Assembly: GCA_964658305.1 (NCBI GenBank)
Contig: OZ210885.1
Location: forward strand, 24,428,001 to 24,492,000
Source: Leptogorgia sarmentosa
Taxonomy: Eukaryota
Reading direction: 5' to 3'
DNA length: 64,000 bases
Position numbers and translations under genes: made by a program. Shown piece by piece: positions 49,766 through 64,000 of the stretch. The notes beneath the pieces are model-generated. The model was not told the DNA's origin, searched no databases, and saw only the letters and a list, made by a program, of their open reading frames with translations. The number at the start of each line of letters is the position of its first letter. Positions within the stretch are counted from its first letter, which is position 1.

Positions 49766-52700
49766 TTAATCATCATAAATTCTGTAGGGTAATGGACAAA
49801 AGTACGTTTTGTCACTCAAGATTAGAGAAATACATTTTCGTTTAATTTGAGATGGATACATTGCAATTATATCATCACTTTCTTCAACTTCCATAATAAA
49901 ATTACTATTTACATTAAAATCTGAATCTCTAAATAACATTCTATTGCTAACATACATTGGTTTGATAAGAACTACATTATATAGTGTACAGTTGCAATAT
50001 TGCAAAAATTCTAACGTACAAGAACACAATGGCTTAATATTAAGAAGACCTACAATTCTGCCACACTTTGAAGATGGATGTTGGATTGAAACGTGGTGGT
50101 TTGTGTGTCGTTTCGAACGAGTATAGCTTAGAGAAGAAATCTATCATACATCTTTCCACATCGATTGTCTACAGTTTGACTCAAAAGATCTTCCAGAGCA
50201 ACCAACATATGTGCATCCAAAGTTACCTGCTTTCCACAACCTAATGTAGCTAAACCATGCGAAGCATTATTGTGCCGAAACCTGGCATGGTCAGTCAGCT
50301 TGCTAAGCATTTTTTTCACAGAAGAAGAACAATCCTCATCAACCCAGGATGATGTCAATGACGTAACCTTGTTGTGCAGCAAAAATGTATCCGTTATTTG
50401 CTGGGGAACACATTGTGTCCCATTAAACATATTCATCAGCACATGATTATGCGACTCAAACGTAAATGCAGAAGTTGCCCACAAGGGACCACAGTCTTTA
50501 ACACAATGTGCCAAATGTGTTAAACAATGAGCGTTAAACTTACAACTGGACAAACCATACAATTCCTCCAGCTTTATCACAAACTTTGTTAAACAAAGTT
50601 CAGAAAGACAAATTAAGGAACTGGAGATTGAGTCACCCAATAGCGTGTAAATGCCATACACAAAAAGAAAGTAGTGGTTCAAGAATATAGTAGGAAGAAT
50701 TCCATGGAGAACAACAAGGCTATAAAAGATGAATGCTCTCCATTCAGATGCCTTCCAAAAGTGTCGCTGTGAAATGCTTCGAGGACTTCTGTGTATTTCA
50801 CTTGGAGGGCTGATTAGCTGCAGTCGCTCATCAACTATCTTAACCTTTTGGCCGATGTAGAAGCTTTTACCATGGTGTTTACTCTCAAACCATAACTCCA
50901 CCATTTGCCTCATGACCCCTAGACAAACCGAGTGCATGTAATCTGCAACAGTGCCCCTGACAGTATCAAAGGATGGCAATGAATCAGCCACTGTAAAACC
51001 CTTCACTCCCTTAACCGAATTACCAGCAGTAGCCTGTAATACATAAGCTGCTTGTTGCTTAGACGTCCGCATGACCACTGGTGTTCGGTGGGGATAGTAA
51101 CAGACAGGTGGCCCATTATTGTTAGAAGCTACAGTCACACCTTCGAACTCACACCAATCGCATCCAAACTGACCGTTAAATTGTTTCACATTTCGAACAA
51201 TTGCTCGAGCCGGTGAATCAGCAGACAAAAGAAAAGCAAAAACCTTCCTAGGCTGAATCTCATTCCCAAAAAGAAACCCATCACTCTCTAACCTTGAACA
51301 CTCTTCAACAAATGGCACCAAGAAGACATTCATATTTGGTTTCTTGCCAAACCACAGACCAAGTAGCAAGATGTTTTTGTGACGAAGATGAGGAGGGAGT
51401 TCATTAATAGAAGCTTGTAATGGCCATATAAAAAATTTGAGGACTTAAATACAGGAATACCATCTGTATTCCATGTTAATGAGATGTCATTTGGACCAAG
51501 ACCATGCTCAGTAATAAGTTCTTTGTACAACTGTGATGTTACTACATCTGTTACAACTAGTGAGTTAAGACATTCGTTTATGTTTCTATTAGATAAATAG
51601 GAATACAGTTTAGCATTTGCAAGCACTGTTTCAATCTGCTTCAGCAGTGGAATGTAAACAAAATAATGTCCATTCTTTATGCTTTGGTCTTCACTGAACA
51701 AACTGTCACATGCCTTGCATGCATTCATACCTGTGTCGCGACCCAAATATGTGGTACATGTTGAACAGTAGAAGTGCTTCTATAATATAATTGATAGTAG
51801 CATATGAGTAAATCGAAGCATTTTACAGAATACTGCAAAATCAAAACCTTGGGTATAATTGTCTGAAACTAGCTTATAGCCCAGCTAACATTTTTCAAAA
51901 TTTTCTTCAAAAAACACAGAGAGGTGGTGTATCAAAGTTTCAAAACTGTATATAAATAGTTTTGATAAAAGCTCTATATTCAAAACTCAACAAGAGCACA
52001 TGCACACATCATGATAAGAGAAATTCATTACAAAATATGTCAAAACATTTAAAATACCAAATGGATGAAAACGAATATCTATTGAGGATATACCTCACTC
52101 CCAAAAGTACATACCTCAGACTGGTCTAGCTGGAATGCTTTATAAAATCTATATTTTGTAGCTGGAACGGTGTCAGGGAAAAACGTATTAAAGAGAAGCA
52201 GCAGGTCATCTAAGGCCATGTCCGTAAGTTTGTGCCTTAGCACAAAGCACAGGATAAGAAGAAGACTTTGGCCTCTTGTGACATCACAGCCAGGATATAT
52301 TGGCTCATTCCTGTCTTCTGATTGTTCCTGTCAATGAAGGGTGAAAATGAATTAGTACATTAAAATTGACTAGCTACTAGGCCACAAGTAAAATTGTTTT
52401 GCTGTACAAATGATTGAATTTTCTGGTATACATGGGACACAGTAAAAACTTAGGTGTGGGGATGTTAGTGGCTGTCAGGTAATGCAGTTAAACCATAGAT
52501 TTTTGTTAACCCATTTACCAGCAGTAAACTATGACATATATTGCATACTTGATTGCAAAATACCTGTTCGTTGCTTGTAATTCCATCTTCGCTTATGCCA
52601 TTAATGACAGTATGAAAAGAGTCATCCTCGGATGCACTACCATCTTCATCACTATTGTTATATTCAACCTATATGGTACCAAAAGAAAACAAAAACATTG

Positions 52701-53806
52701 ACACAAAACATTGGGAGAAAGACTTTGGCCTTTGTGACATTGTAGCCAGAATGCGTTGAATAGTGTTACTGATCTTCTATATTCTAATATATAACTGTTG
52801 ATTTGTTTGAAGATGAAGATGTTGAAATTTATACAATATAATTATACAATATACAATTATATCTGATAATTATACAAAGGCACATGATATGGCTATTCAA
52901 AGGGCAAACTTTGAATTGGCAGGCCAAGTCGAATATGCCATGAAATTGGACAGGCATGTTTGAAAATATATATACACATGACTAATTAGGTAACAAAGGG
53001 TAAAAATATAATTACATTATAATTAACTACCTAGATATGTGGTAGGTGGTCCACCAATTTGAAGTAAAATAATTTGACATAAACATGATAACGCTTCTGA
53101 GTTTTACTAACCCATTTACTGGCAAGTATTCTGTGACATTAGAGATTCAATCCCAAAATACCTGTTCATTCCTCTCCTCAATTATGTTATTTGTGTCATC
53201 CCCAGTTGCACTTGATTCTTCATCACTTCCATCCAATCCTTCATTTACAAGTTCCTCCTGAATGCCAAAAGGAAACAAGATATTGTAATTATTTTTATTA
53301 ACCATAATTATCAGGAGTACCTCAAACATTGAAAACATGTTACTGTGGATACTCATTGCAGTGAATAAAATGAAAAGAAAGATATTGCACAATATATAAT
53401 ACCTGAAAACCCGCAGTTTGAATGTTCTCTTCATCATCAATTTGGCCCTCGTGATGTAATGTATCACCATCTCTCTAGATACAATAGATTTTCAGTAATG
53501 TGGTCAGAAAAACTAATCAGGGTCTCAATTGGGCCTCTAATGAAGTTGCTACTATTTTCGTGTCTTTTAAATTTCAAGGGATAAGTTAAGAATTGTCTGC
53601 AGAAATAGTATGAGAAAAGCAGTAGGGTAGTAATAACACATTTACCAAGAAAATAAAATATTGCATACCATATGGGACTGATTAAAATTTTCAGTGTCAG
53701 CCATGGCCAGCTCGTCGCAATTACGTTTTCTCCTGTTATACGAAGTTGTCTTCGGAACAGAAACAGAACCATCATATTCATAGCGTTTATAAGGTCCTCT
53801 TGGCAT
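49766..53806 (-). pseudogene. EnSpm/CACTA transposase (family 2), multi-exon, frameshifted
   Basis: Start MPRGPYKRY (53806); ISLTWNTDGIPVFKSS, ADSPARAIVRNVKQFNGQFGCDWC, DYMHSVCLGV, WKASEWR, HCLTHL..CGPLWATSAFTFESHN. Confidence 0.88.
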
Positions 53807-54167
53807 TGCCTTTGTGAAACGTTTCTACTGTAGGTGTATACTCGCATTTCCGCATCAAATCTGATAGCAAAGTTCACAAAACCGCGTTGTTGCAGTGCCA
53901 ACACAAATCACTCAGTGACACAAATTTGATCCTGCCTGAACTTTGAACTCTGAAGTCAGAAGGGAACTCCCCCCCCGCCTGGGAGCAGCCTGCCTGCCTG
54001 CATACAGGCGAAAGGGCTAACCAATGATCTTTGTCTATTTACATCACGTGTTGGCGTATCAGATTTCTGTCACACCATTCAAACTGATTCGAACGCAATT
54101 TACGCATTCTCGAAGCAAGCAGAAGCCAGAAGGACAAATAATATTTGCATTTTTTTCGTCTTTCAAC

Positions 54168-57100
54168 ATGAAATACGCACTATTTGAATTTGTAAATGAG
54201 AAGGCATGTGAGATTGGCGAAACGCGATGGATTACTAGGGAAGATCCAGAAACTTTTCAAAATAGCAGCTGGGATGTTGAGAAGGAAATAATAGTGGCAT
54301 GGCCAACGGAATTTTCGAAAGTGTCCAAAAAGATTGTAAAAGGGTCTATTGATCCATTGAAGGTATCGACAACAACTTGTGTGGCTAGAGTGTTGAAATT
54401 TAGTGGTAAGTCACAGTTATTTGTGTTTGAATATACTGTTTTTAAATGTTTACATTGTTAGCATATCACAGCCATGTCAGTGACCTTTAGATTGAATTGC
54501 TGGCATGGATTATATGAGGAATACCCTGGTTAGAATAGAGATCGAATATTTAGCAATTATATGAAGGCCTGTGTGATGTTGCTACACTAAATTATTTGAA
54601 AAACAAGTACACAGCTTTTTATAACATAATGTATTTAGATGACTATGAAAGTGTTAGACAACACATGAAGAGATATATAGAAACTGGGTCGACAGCAACC
54701 CCAAGTCATGGCAGAGGTCAACGCACTTCTCAAAAGACTACCAGATATGATGAGTCTGGTGAAGAATCAGAGGAAGAAAGGGTAAATTTTTATATGAATA
54801 ATTCTATACCTAGTTGAAATAAAAAGTTGTTTTTTTTCAATACTGCTTGGCATATCAAATTCATTGTGTAATAATATTATTGTAATGTTTAATGTTTAAT
54901 TTCTATCTAAATGTAAATTCTACATTTCATAGATAAATTCTGTAATACTTGAACTGTCATAACACGAAAATTACCTTTATAGTCACCTAAACGACAAAAA
55001 AGGCAATCACACACGCGCAGTGATTCAACGAGTGGTGCAGCGATTCAAGCCCTGAAAGCCAAATATAACTTGCAAAAAGAAAAAGTAAGTATTAGGAGCC
55101 TTAAGGTTTTTCAAATTTTTTTTTGAGAAAGTCCTAATGTTTGGAATAAATATCCTTACCCAAACCCTTATTCTAACCCTAACATGACTAGAAAAATAGC
55201 AATTTTACTTGATGATTTTGAAGTTCTTTTGACATATTTACATTAACATACAGTGCATGGTCCTTTATGGCGGGGTATTGTATAATTATACCTAATTAAT
55301 GCTTTTTTGCCAGGGTTCTGTTTTCTTTTTTATTCCTGTATTTTATTACTGTTTTGTTTGGAGGTAAGCTTTTGCCACCCAAAGTGTAGAAAGGAATGCC
55401 ATTGGGAGTCATTTCCATATCAAGTCACCCATCAAATACTGTTCCCCGCTCTAGTTGTATCCGTCCCTGGATGCTTACATCATGTCACTAAAGCAAAATT
55501 TTCCTCCAGGTTTTATGTGCAAGTCAAAATAAGTCTGCTGAAACTGAAGATGTAAGTCAACTTTACTATACAATGAATTCATGGATTTGTATACATATGA
55601 GGCCCAACCCATGAATATTTCTTTGCATGGAGTGAAAATTGGTCAGAGTTACTTTGAGAGGTCATAATTCCTACCTTCAAGGATAATTATAAGAATTAGG
55701 TCCACTAATTATAAGAAAGGTCCACTACCTTCAAGGATAATTATAAGAAGGTAAGGTATGGTATCAGTGTAATTTATTTTCAGTTCAACATTTTTCCCCT
55801 TTTATTAATTTGTATGCAAAGAACAATAACACCAATGCTGATGAACTAACGAAGGAGAACCACAAACTTCAACAGGAAATAGAGAAGAAAGACAAAGAAA
55901 TTGAGCATTTGCTTAGCATTATTGACAACCACAAAGGTATTGTTCTTTTTCCCCAACTGGTTATCCATGGCATTGCCCAATTTTGCATTTTGTCTATTGT
56001 ACTAAGTGAAGCTATGTTCTTCAAGTTAACCATTTCAATCGTTTTGAAACTCCTACTTTCAGCAATTCAATCCCTATCGAGTATTGCTACTGATTTGAGA
56101 AAGCAAGTGGAAAGACTCAAAGATGGAAACAGCAGCAGCATTAGCAGCAGCATTAGCAGCAGCTCCTCAAACAATATGCCATTGTCGCGAAGTCCCACTT
56201 TGAAAGAGTCTGCAAATTCAGACGATGAATCTGACGTAGTAAGTAAACCTTTCTATTTGTGAATGCCTTCCAGTAATTAACAGTATTGCTGTAGGACGCT
56301 TTTTCATGTGCACCCAGCTATTTCCTTGGTCTTTTGTGTTGGTAGCTCAGCCAGTCCATTCTAATACTAAGTGGCAGGCTACTATTTAGAATTTAGTTGC
56401 AGAAGATGAGGTGGAAAATCCATTCTGTACCATACACTGTCTAAATGATTACTCACCTTGTGACACTTGTGTGGCCTTACTCTTAATGTGTAATTTTTGC
56501 CTTTTTTGCAGGTAACATTTGCTCCAAATATACACATAACAAAAGCCCAGAATAGAGTCATCAGATCAAAAGTTAATTTGAAGGACTATGTATATTCAAT
56601 AATGGGTATGCTGTGGAGCAGAGAGGTTCTGTGTACACATTCTCTGTCTGGAAAAGTTTCAAATGCATTTAAAGAAAAAGATGCCAAACCCCAACTTGAT
56701 CAAGAGAAGGTGCAAAGTATATGTGGTAAGCTGATATGTTCCATTCTAAACTTTAAGAGCATAATCAGTTAATGATTACTAGTAGTAGGAATTTTTCTGG
56801 GGCCGGTTGTTCAAAAGCTGGTTAGTTTAACCTTGGTTAACTTAAAATTCAAAGAAACAATACAACAATTGGTTGATGAATTTAGAAATGTTTTTCAGAA
56901 ATCTTGTCTAGATCATCAACAGGTTTCTTTGACGTTTCGAAGTAAACAGATATGCAGAAATACAAACTAAAACACTGGGTTAAATTTTAACCCAGGATTA
57001 GCACTAACCTAGCTTTGAACAACTGGCCCCTGTGTTGTAACCTAAATAGTCAGTCTATAGCTACTAATGTTTCCATTGTCAATTCTTTGCCTAGAATATG

Positions 57101-57207
57101 GTTACAAAAGGTTTGGTGTCAAGCCGGTTGAAGTCAGGAGAGTGATGACATCAAGAATTAACAATATTTGTAAGGTTGAAAAAGCAAAGGAAAAGACAAG
57201 TCGGTAA
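54168..57207 (+). CDS. Multi-exon BEN-domain protein, probable EnSpm accessory gene
   Basis: MKYALFEFVNEK..W N-terminal module, coiled coil (55810-55935), BEN-like YVYSIMGMLWSREVLCTHSLSGK...PQLDQEKVQSIC; GT-AG boundaries; divergent from the transposase. Confidence 0.7.
56800..57029. mobile_element. PIF/Harbinger-type MITE in an intron
   Basis: GGGCCGGTTGTTCAAA / TTTGAACAACTGGCCC; TSD CTG. Confidence 0.85.
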
Positions 57208-57270
57208 AAAAAAAGTCGAACACATAGTACATTGGGACTTTGGGATTTGAGACAATCTACCATACTTCTG

Positions 57271-57512
57271 GGGCCGGTTGTACGAAAGTCGGATAACTTT
57301 ATCCACTGGATAGTGATTTTTTCAACCGTTGTAAAAATATACAAAAAGCTCTAAAACTGCACATACGGGCCTGACAATTAATTAAAGGAAAGTTCAACAT
57401 TAAAATATCAAAGTTTAATCTGAAATGGTTGGAACAACGGGCTGTTTTAGGAAGCTTGAAGAAGTCGCTGTATCCAATGGATAGCGCTATTCACCTTTCG
57501 TACAACCGGCCC
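57271..57512. mobile_element. PIF/Harbinger-type MITE
   Basis: GGGCCGGTTGTACGAAAG / CTTTCGTACAACCGGCCC; TSD CTG; homologous to 5240-5484. Confidence 0.88.
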
Positions 57513-57769
57513 CTGAACATGATCTATCTCTATTAACTGTAGGTATAATTTCCTAAGTTTATTAAGTATTTTATAGGTTAATATAAATGTTCAGTGCACT
57601 AGTGTAGTTTGGTTTGGAACATCTTTGAAAGTTTAATATATATTAAGTATATATTTGCTGCATCTTCTGTTAATCTTTAGCATTTACTTTAGAATACTGT
57701 ATATAAGAGCAGTTTCTACACAGTAATGTATAAACTAGTTTGATAAATTGCTATTGCACATGCTAGCAT

Positions 57770-58180
57770 ATAGAATGTACCATAGAATGTGTTTTACAAT
57801 TGTGCAGAATATTATATAGAATATTCTACAATTTCATTGAATGTGCAATTGAATATTACAAAATGTTCTATAGAACTACCATTGTATGTGCTATAGAACT
57901 TCCATAGCACTATAGAACTCGTATAGAATGTGCTGTAGAACGTCTATAGTATGTGCTATAGAACTTCTATAGAATGTGCTGTAGTATGTGCTATAGAACT
58001 TCTATAGTACTATAGAACTTCTATAGAATGTGCTGTAGAACTTCAATAGTATGTGCTATAGAACTTCTATAGAATGTGCTAAAGAACTTCTGCTGATTGT
58101 CTTATAGAATAGGTTCCAAAATCGTTTAGAATATCCTATAGAACACTTATAGAATATTCTATAGAATCTCAATATATTCT
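57770..58180. repeat. Degenerate short tandem repeats (CTATAGAA/TGTGCT), probable EnSpm subterminal region
   Basis: Dense repeats of TATAGAA and GAATGTGCTGTAGAACTTC just 3' of the BEN gene. Confidence 0.6.
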
Positions 58181-58329
58181 AAATTTAACAATAAAAACAG
58201 ATACTTCATCAAGTTGGATAGGCTAATACAGAGATAATTTATATCAAACAACACTGAAAAATATCTGAGTTCCAAACACCTGTGTAAAGGTAGGATAAAA
58301 TAAAAATACTTTTGCTGTTTCATACAACT

Positions 58330-58566
58330 TACTGTATGTTGGTTCTTCTTTTATTTTTCTGACAATACATTTTTCACCTTTGTGTACTTTTGGATAAATG
58401 ACAACCCATCGATCTTCACCCTCTTGTGTCTTGGCTTGGTTCCTTTGTGAGTTCTCATTAAAATGCATATTTGAACAAAACAAACTAAATGAACAGGTAG
58501 TTAGCTCACTATTTATAAACAACACAAAATATACATACATGTTTGCTGTAGAAACTTGGTAAAATT

Positions 58567-58609
<43 letters not shown>

Positions 58610-61293
58610 GTGTATATTATAAACCTGGCCATCAAGGAATGATATGGGTAGTATATCTTCTTTTGGGCAAATTGGTTATCCAGTGCATGTTTTGCTTCCA
58701 GTCATGAAGTTTGGTGGTAGTTTGATAATTTTCGAATTGCAGTGATGAGTCTGGGTCGGGTTAAAATCTCCTTAAGTTTCTTGAATGCTGCAGAACCTAA
58801 TCAAAAAACAAAAAATGTTTTGGAAATTGCAAGAGTCTGTGGGCTATTTTTATAATTTTCATGATTCTCGTACATACCTGGCTTTATCCATTCTCGATCC
58901 AATATTCCATGGGTGCATTCCTTGAAATACTTGAAACCTTCATGAACATGCACATCAGTGATATGGTTCAAGACACTCCTCCATTTTTCCTCCCTTTCAT
59001 GCTCACATGTACTTGAATTGGCCACCCAGTAAATATGATTCATGATAGACTACATAGAAACAATTATAGCTGTAATGTGTATTTCACACACAGAGTCTAG
59101 GAAAAATTACATGACCACTGAGCACTTAAAATTTTATAATTGTACCCCTATCCAAGGCTTTATAGCTTGAAATTTCTTAGTTTTGGCAATTTTCAACAAC
59201 CTCTTCTTCTCGCCTATAAAACCATAGGTTGAACAGTTACTAAAGATGAAGTACAAGACATGAATTGATACCAATCTGAGAAAGTTACCTATAACAATAC
59301 AGATTGAAAACATGATATAAGTTTAACAGTATGTACTTCCTAATGATGATTTATTACATGTATATGTATAACAGCAGAGCAGCTACCTTTTGCCAAATGC
59401 CAGACATCATAATTATGTTTGATGTTTGGTTTTTCCTGAGCCATGTAAGCTGATACTTGTATGTGTCTGTCTGTCACTAGTTTCTTGACTTCCACATCAG
59501 AGTGTTCAAGCAAAGCAAGTTGTCTTTTAAGGGATTCCAGTTCCATTGCATTTGAATTTTTAACTTCTGTGCTCTACATATGACAGATTTTTTGTTTCCC
59601 GTAAGTGGTTAGATTGATGGTTGTAACATATTACTCACTAAAACATTAAATTACTGCACTGTACCTTGATTATTTGAGTGTCCAGAATGACATTTCGTTC
59701 AACATCAAGTGTACTTCCAGCACCAAGTAGGCCGCAATGCCCTGGACTATCCACTTGCATATCCGATGCTATCTCAATTGCTTTCCTTTTAACTTCATCC
59801 AATAATTTTTGTTGTTCCCTTCTCCAAACATTTATTACAGCTGGTATTACATATGAACTCTGAATGTTTGACAACTCTCTCCTTTTGAAGCACAACATGT
59901 TTAGTGATTCCATGAATCTTATTGTTTTGATTCCATACCAATGCTTAGAATGCTAGAAGCCATAAGCAGATTTAAAACAGGTAACCTATTCATTAGTGGG
60001 CCTGTTGACCAGTATATGTTATATGCTGAAGAAAATGAACATGAAATTAAAATTTTGCAATAGCTTCCAATTATACTTGTGACCAAAACAGAGCAGCAAC
60101 TTCCACATTTAAGGCACACACCAAATGCTGTTGAAATGGCCTCTTCACAAACAATGAATTTTAATTGGTCCTTCATAGACTTTCCACTGGTTAGTATTAT
60201 TGGCTCATCTTCCAGATAATTTTTTTTGCCACATGGTTCAATTTCACTTTCATCACCTGATGTCATACTGTAGTCTTCACTGCAACTCTCTTCATCAAAA
60301 CTTTTCTCACCATCTGACTCACTTGCTGACTCCTCCAAGAATGAATCTTCAACAATATTAATATTTCTTGTATTCTTGTTGCCTTCCTCAGTTTCATCCC
60401 TATTTTCGTTGTCATCATTGTCCACAATAATATTAACTGGATCAGTTTGTGAACCAGTTGAAACCATCTTGGGCATTGATAAATACTTTGACAGCAAGTC
60501 ATTAGTAATGCAGGTTTGTGTTCCTTTTGTGACCATGGTTTTTGTGTTGTTATTACCTTTTGTTTGTGTGCCTTGACTCCTCCCAAAATATTCTACTGGC
60601 AAAGTCTGAACATGGACTGAGTTGGGTCTGTCATATTCACCTAATATCTCCTGTTGAAGTGTTGCAGCACCACATGTAGCTTCTCCAATTTCTGTTTCTT
60701 CTTCATTGGTTGTATTTTGTCCTGTTTCTTGTGATATCAAGTAATCAACTTCCTTAAAGACAAATACAACTGTGTGCATTTGAACAATTAAGAGGGTATA
60801 TATTGAGGATATGTATCACTAGATATTTTATTATGAGTGCTTATTTGAGAGGAGGTCATAGAAATATTGTGGTATTACAGGCTATACACTACCATTATAA
60901 GGGATGTGGAAGTAGTACACTCACCTTTCTCCTTGACAAAATTCCTGTCTTTCTTCTTTTTGTTTCTGATGGCTTGTCTAATTTAGCTGCATCAAGTGCT
61001 TTATTTATAGTCGGTATGGCATCAGGTTTAAGAATTATTTTCCGTTTACCAGAAAATTTAATCGATTCCAGAAAGTAGGGAGAATGTGAGGGGATATACG
61101 CATCTGGGCTAAAGTGTGATGAACACAAACACGTGCATTTTGACGGAACAAAGTTTTTTCGCTTGCAAAATTCAATCCAGATGTCGCGTCGCTTTTTTTC
61201 TTTATTTATTGGCTTTGGGAATGAAAAAAAGTGTATTTTGTTTTCAATATTCTTTTTGCTATCGCTTGTGCATCCATAAACCGGACAGTACAT
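58330..61293 (-). pseudogene. Kolobok transposase with N-terminal THAP domain, multi-exon
   Basis: THAP (CPVYGC..FFSFP..W..C..HF..PDAIPT); core ASDMQVDSPGH, MELESL, LVTDRH, YDVWHLAK, NHIYW. Confidence 0.88.
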
Positions 61294-61562
61294 CGTGGTT
61301 TATAGAAATATTGTTCCCGGCAATATATTTACATTTCGCGCGATAATTCAACCCAGGTTGTGACGTCACACATATCGAAGTTTACATAAATTAGCATACA
61401 GGAATTCAATCCAAGATGGCGGACGAAACACAATATTTGGGTAAAAACAATCGCCAATTTCTGCGAAGGCAACTGTCTCAAAACCAAACTTTTACTCATT
61501 TTAAGAATGCTATAAGGTAAGCTTTATTTTAAAGTTGAAAAAAAATATATTGCTATTTCCCT
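61294..61562 (-). mobile_element. Kolobok 5' terminal region
   Basis: Ends ...GCTATTTCCCT|TTAA, i.e. TTAA target followed by an AGG terminus, upstream of the THAP exon. Confidence 0.65.
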
Positions 61563-61576
61563 TTAAAACGATCTGT

Positions 61577-62777
61577 TTATCGAAGATACTCATGTACAGT
61601 TGGAGGGTCAATTCCAAAGAATTTTGAAGTGTTGTTTCCATACATACATATTAATGCATTATTTACAATTGCACTTGCAATATAGATTTTTCCAATAGGA
61701 CTTAAAGCCACCTTCAGGTTTTTTTTGAAATCAACAAATTTGAATTGATTGACTACATCTCCAAATAGCCACTCAACCGACACCCTTACTGAGCTCATGG
61801 ATTTGTTGAACATTTTCATTTCATCTGTTAAAACTGCTCCCCTGAAAGGTGCCTGGAGCTGAGGGCGTAAAGGGTAAGCTGGGTCACGATAAACACACAT
61901 TGGTTGTCCAGTTTCTGAAAGAGCATGTTCTTCAAGGTCAGCAAGAAGACCAGACTCTACAAGCATAGATGCATCATGCCTCTTCCCTTCTAAAAACATG
62001 TGGAATATACACACAATTAGTGCTTAGGCATCTAGCAATTATCCCACATTCAAACTCAGAGGTGTTGTAATGCATATGAATAGCTGTAAGTCAACAATGT
62101 TATTTGCATAAATAATAATGCAATTTTAAATACAATGTATCAGTATGTGTACATTCGGTCATACCTACAGGTCCATATAAATGTGCAATCAATCCGTTTG
62201 GTAAAGAGACTGATTGGAACTTCATAGCGTGTAAATGCTTGTGCCTGTTATACATGGTTCTTTGTAATTTTTTGGGACGACATATCGGTCGTACAGTTCC
62301 GTCTATGAAACCAAAACAGTTTTCGAGAGCACCGCCTTTCCCATGAACCGCATCAGCATAATTCTGAAGATTTGATTTGCAGGACTGAGAATTGATTGAT
62401 TCCACCTTGTAACTCTGTGTCCATGTTCTCTGTATATAAACTGAACTACTTCGTTGTGAATCATACTTAGTACTGGGGGTCTTAGTACTACATAGTCCTT
62501 CTATGCCACTCCACACTGAGCCTCGAGGGCATATAAATCTCTGGGGAAGACGTAATAGTTCACCAAGCGTTTCTATATCGCTTTTTTGGCAGCGAAATTC
62601 AGCCATACATTCAAATTCATCCATGTCTTCTAAGTTGAACTCTGCAATGTGTTTGTAAGGAAATTCGGGATTTTTTGAACGGTGCAGATCGAAAAGAAGC
62701 AAAAATTCGTCTTCGTCTATCACACCTTAGTCGTAGCTCTCTAAAAGAATACCTCTAGTAATTTTAAATGATGCCAT
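61577..62777 (-). pseudogene. Second Harbinger/HARBI1-like transposase
   Basis: CFGFIDGTVRPICRP, KFQSVSLPNGLI, GKRHDA, DPAYPL, VRVSVEWLFG; internal stop and deletion; probable terminus GATCTTAAGGTCTCT at 62944. Confidence 0.88.
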
Positions 62778-64000
62778 CAAACTAGTTTCTCCCCTTGTTT
62801 ATGATGGAATGTCCAAGTAGCCGTCCTTTCGTAAACAAAAATCTTAAGGGTTTGAATTTGGCACGAATCCCGTAGTCTAGTCCCAGTCCCCCCTCTCTCA
62901 CTCCCGTCGTCCTTCTCTGTCCCGTCGCAGATCTTAAGGTCTCTAATATATCTGGAGATCGGGCTCTCTCAGTGGGCTCTCCACTTTGAAGTGTCGCCAA
63001 AAACATGGCGGATTTTACGTCACACGTCCCCTATTCTCATGATGGTAATTACTGACCACAGTTGAAGTGTGTGCAGGTGCCGTTTCCAACCCCCCCTGGA
63101 TTTTACTGTTTGTTACTATATAAATATATATACTGCAGTGTTGTTTTGATATTTTTTCAAAGAATTGAGATAAAGTATTAAAATTCTCTTACATCTCAAA
63201 AATATATTGTTGTATTTGTTGATGTACGCGCCTATAAATACCGAACGCGATTGATTAAAGAGGACAGGAATGGAGCTTACTGCTTGCCTGACGGCCACCA
63301 CTGAGCTATAAGAAGACGTTGTTTCAAGACGTTGTTTCATTGTAATAACCACTGATATCACCACTAAGTTTTGTATCTGTATGTATTGCAATTTCAGGTA
63401 TATTCTATCGATGAAATTATTGAAAAATGAGTGCAGCATGTCAATATGAAGTGAAGTGTATATATTTATAATGGTCTTGCTTGAAAAAGGTAATGCCACT
63501 ATTTGATTGAACATTCAAGGAACAATTGCCTTTTAGATGCTTGATCTAGAATGTTTGATATCTGCATTTTATGCAATTCATATCTCATTTTTATTTGCAT
63601 TGAAGAATAATATTTTATCAAAAAATTTCCAAGATAATAATATAATATTTCAGGATATACAATAATATATTCATATTCAAATCACAACAAAATTATTTTT
63701 CTATGTTAAAACACATACAACACAAGTATGAGTAAACAAGTTGCTCAACCAATTCTATGGATGTCAATCCCCATTTGCTCAGCACCTAATTTTGCTGGCA
63801 TATTGACTTTGATTAGCCAGCACAACTAAGAAATAAATACTTATGGAATTGTGTTCACTTTCTAGTTTAATTTGATGCTTTCAACTTCAAAATCAATGTG
63901 AAATGGTCCAGTTATGTGGCAAATGTGATTGCACTCATCAATTTGCATTCAAGAGAATTAGATATGCATAGAATTGATTGAGACAAAATAAATATATTAA

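Noticed and set aside
63116..63514. 132-aa ORF
   Set aside because: AT-rich, low-information sequence with no motif; likely spurious.

Overview
AT-rich eukaryotic DNA with spliceosomal introns. The repeat repertoire suggests an invertebrate, most plausibly an anthozoan cnidarian (inference). I see no ordinary host gene. The window is almost entirely nested, mostly decayed transposons: a Gypsy LTR element, two Harbinger-type elements, a large foldback element, IS3EU-type elements, Academ, hAT, EnSpm/CACTA, Kolobok, Penelope and CR1/L2 fragments, Crypton-like elements and many MITEs with verifiable target-site duplications (TSDs). Three things stand out. (1) A complete 8.3-kb element (16767-25023; GAGGG TIRs, 6-bp TSD) encodes a P-element-like DDE transposase with an NHL beta-propeller, a SAP-like motif and a Cys-rich cluster inserted inside the catalytic core. 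(2) Two IS3EU-type elements (TAYGGTGGCC ends) each carry a convergent second gene for a protein-modifying enzyme: a HECT E3 ligase in one, an alpha-kinase in the other. (3) A 2.7-kb tandem-plus-inverted array of ten near-identical 271-bp units, each containing a tRNA-Ala(AGC)-like Pol III head. Family assignments are by eye from motifs; no database search was run, so novelty is unverified.
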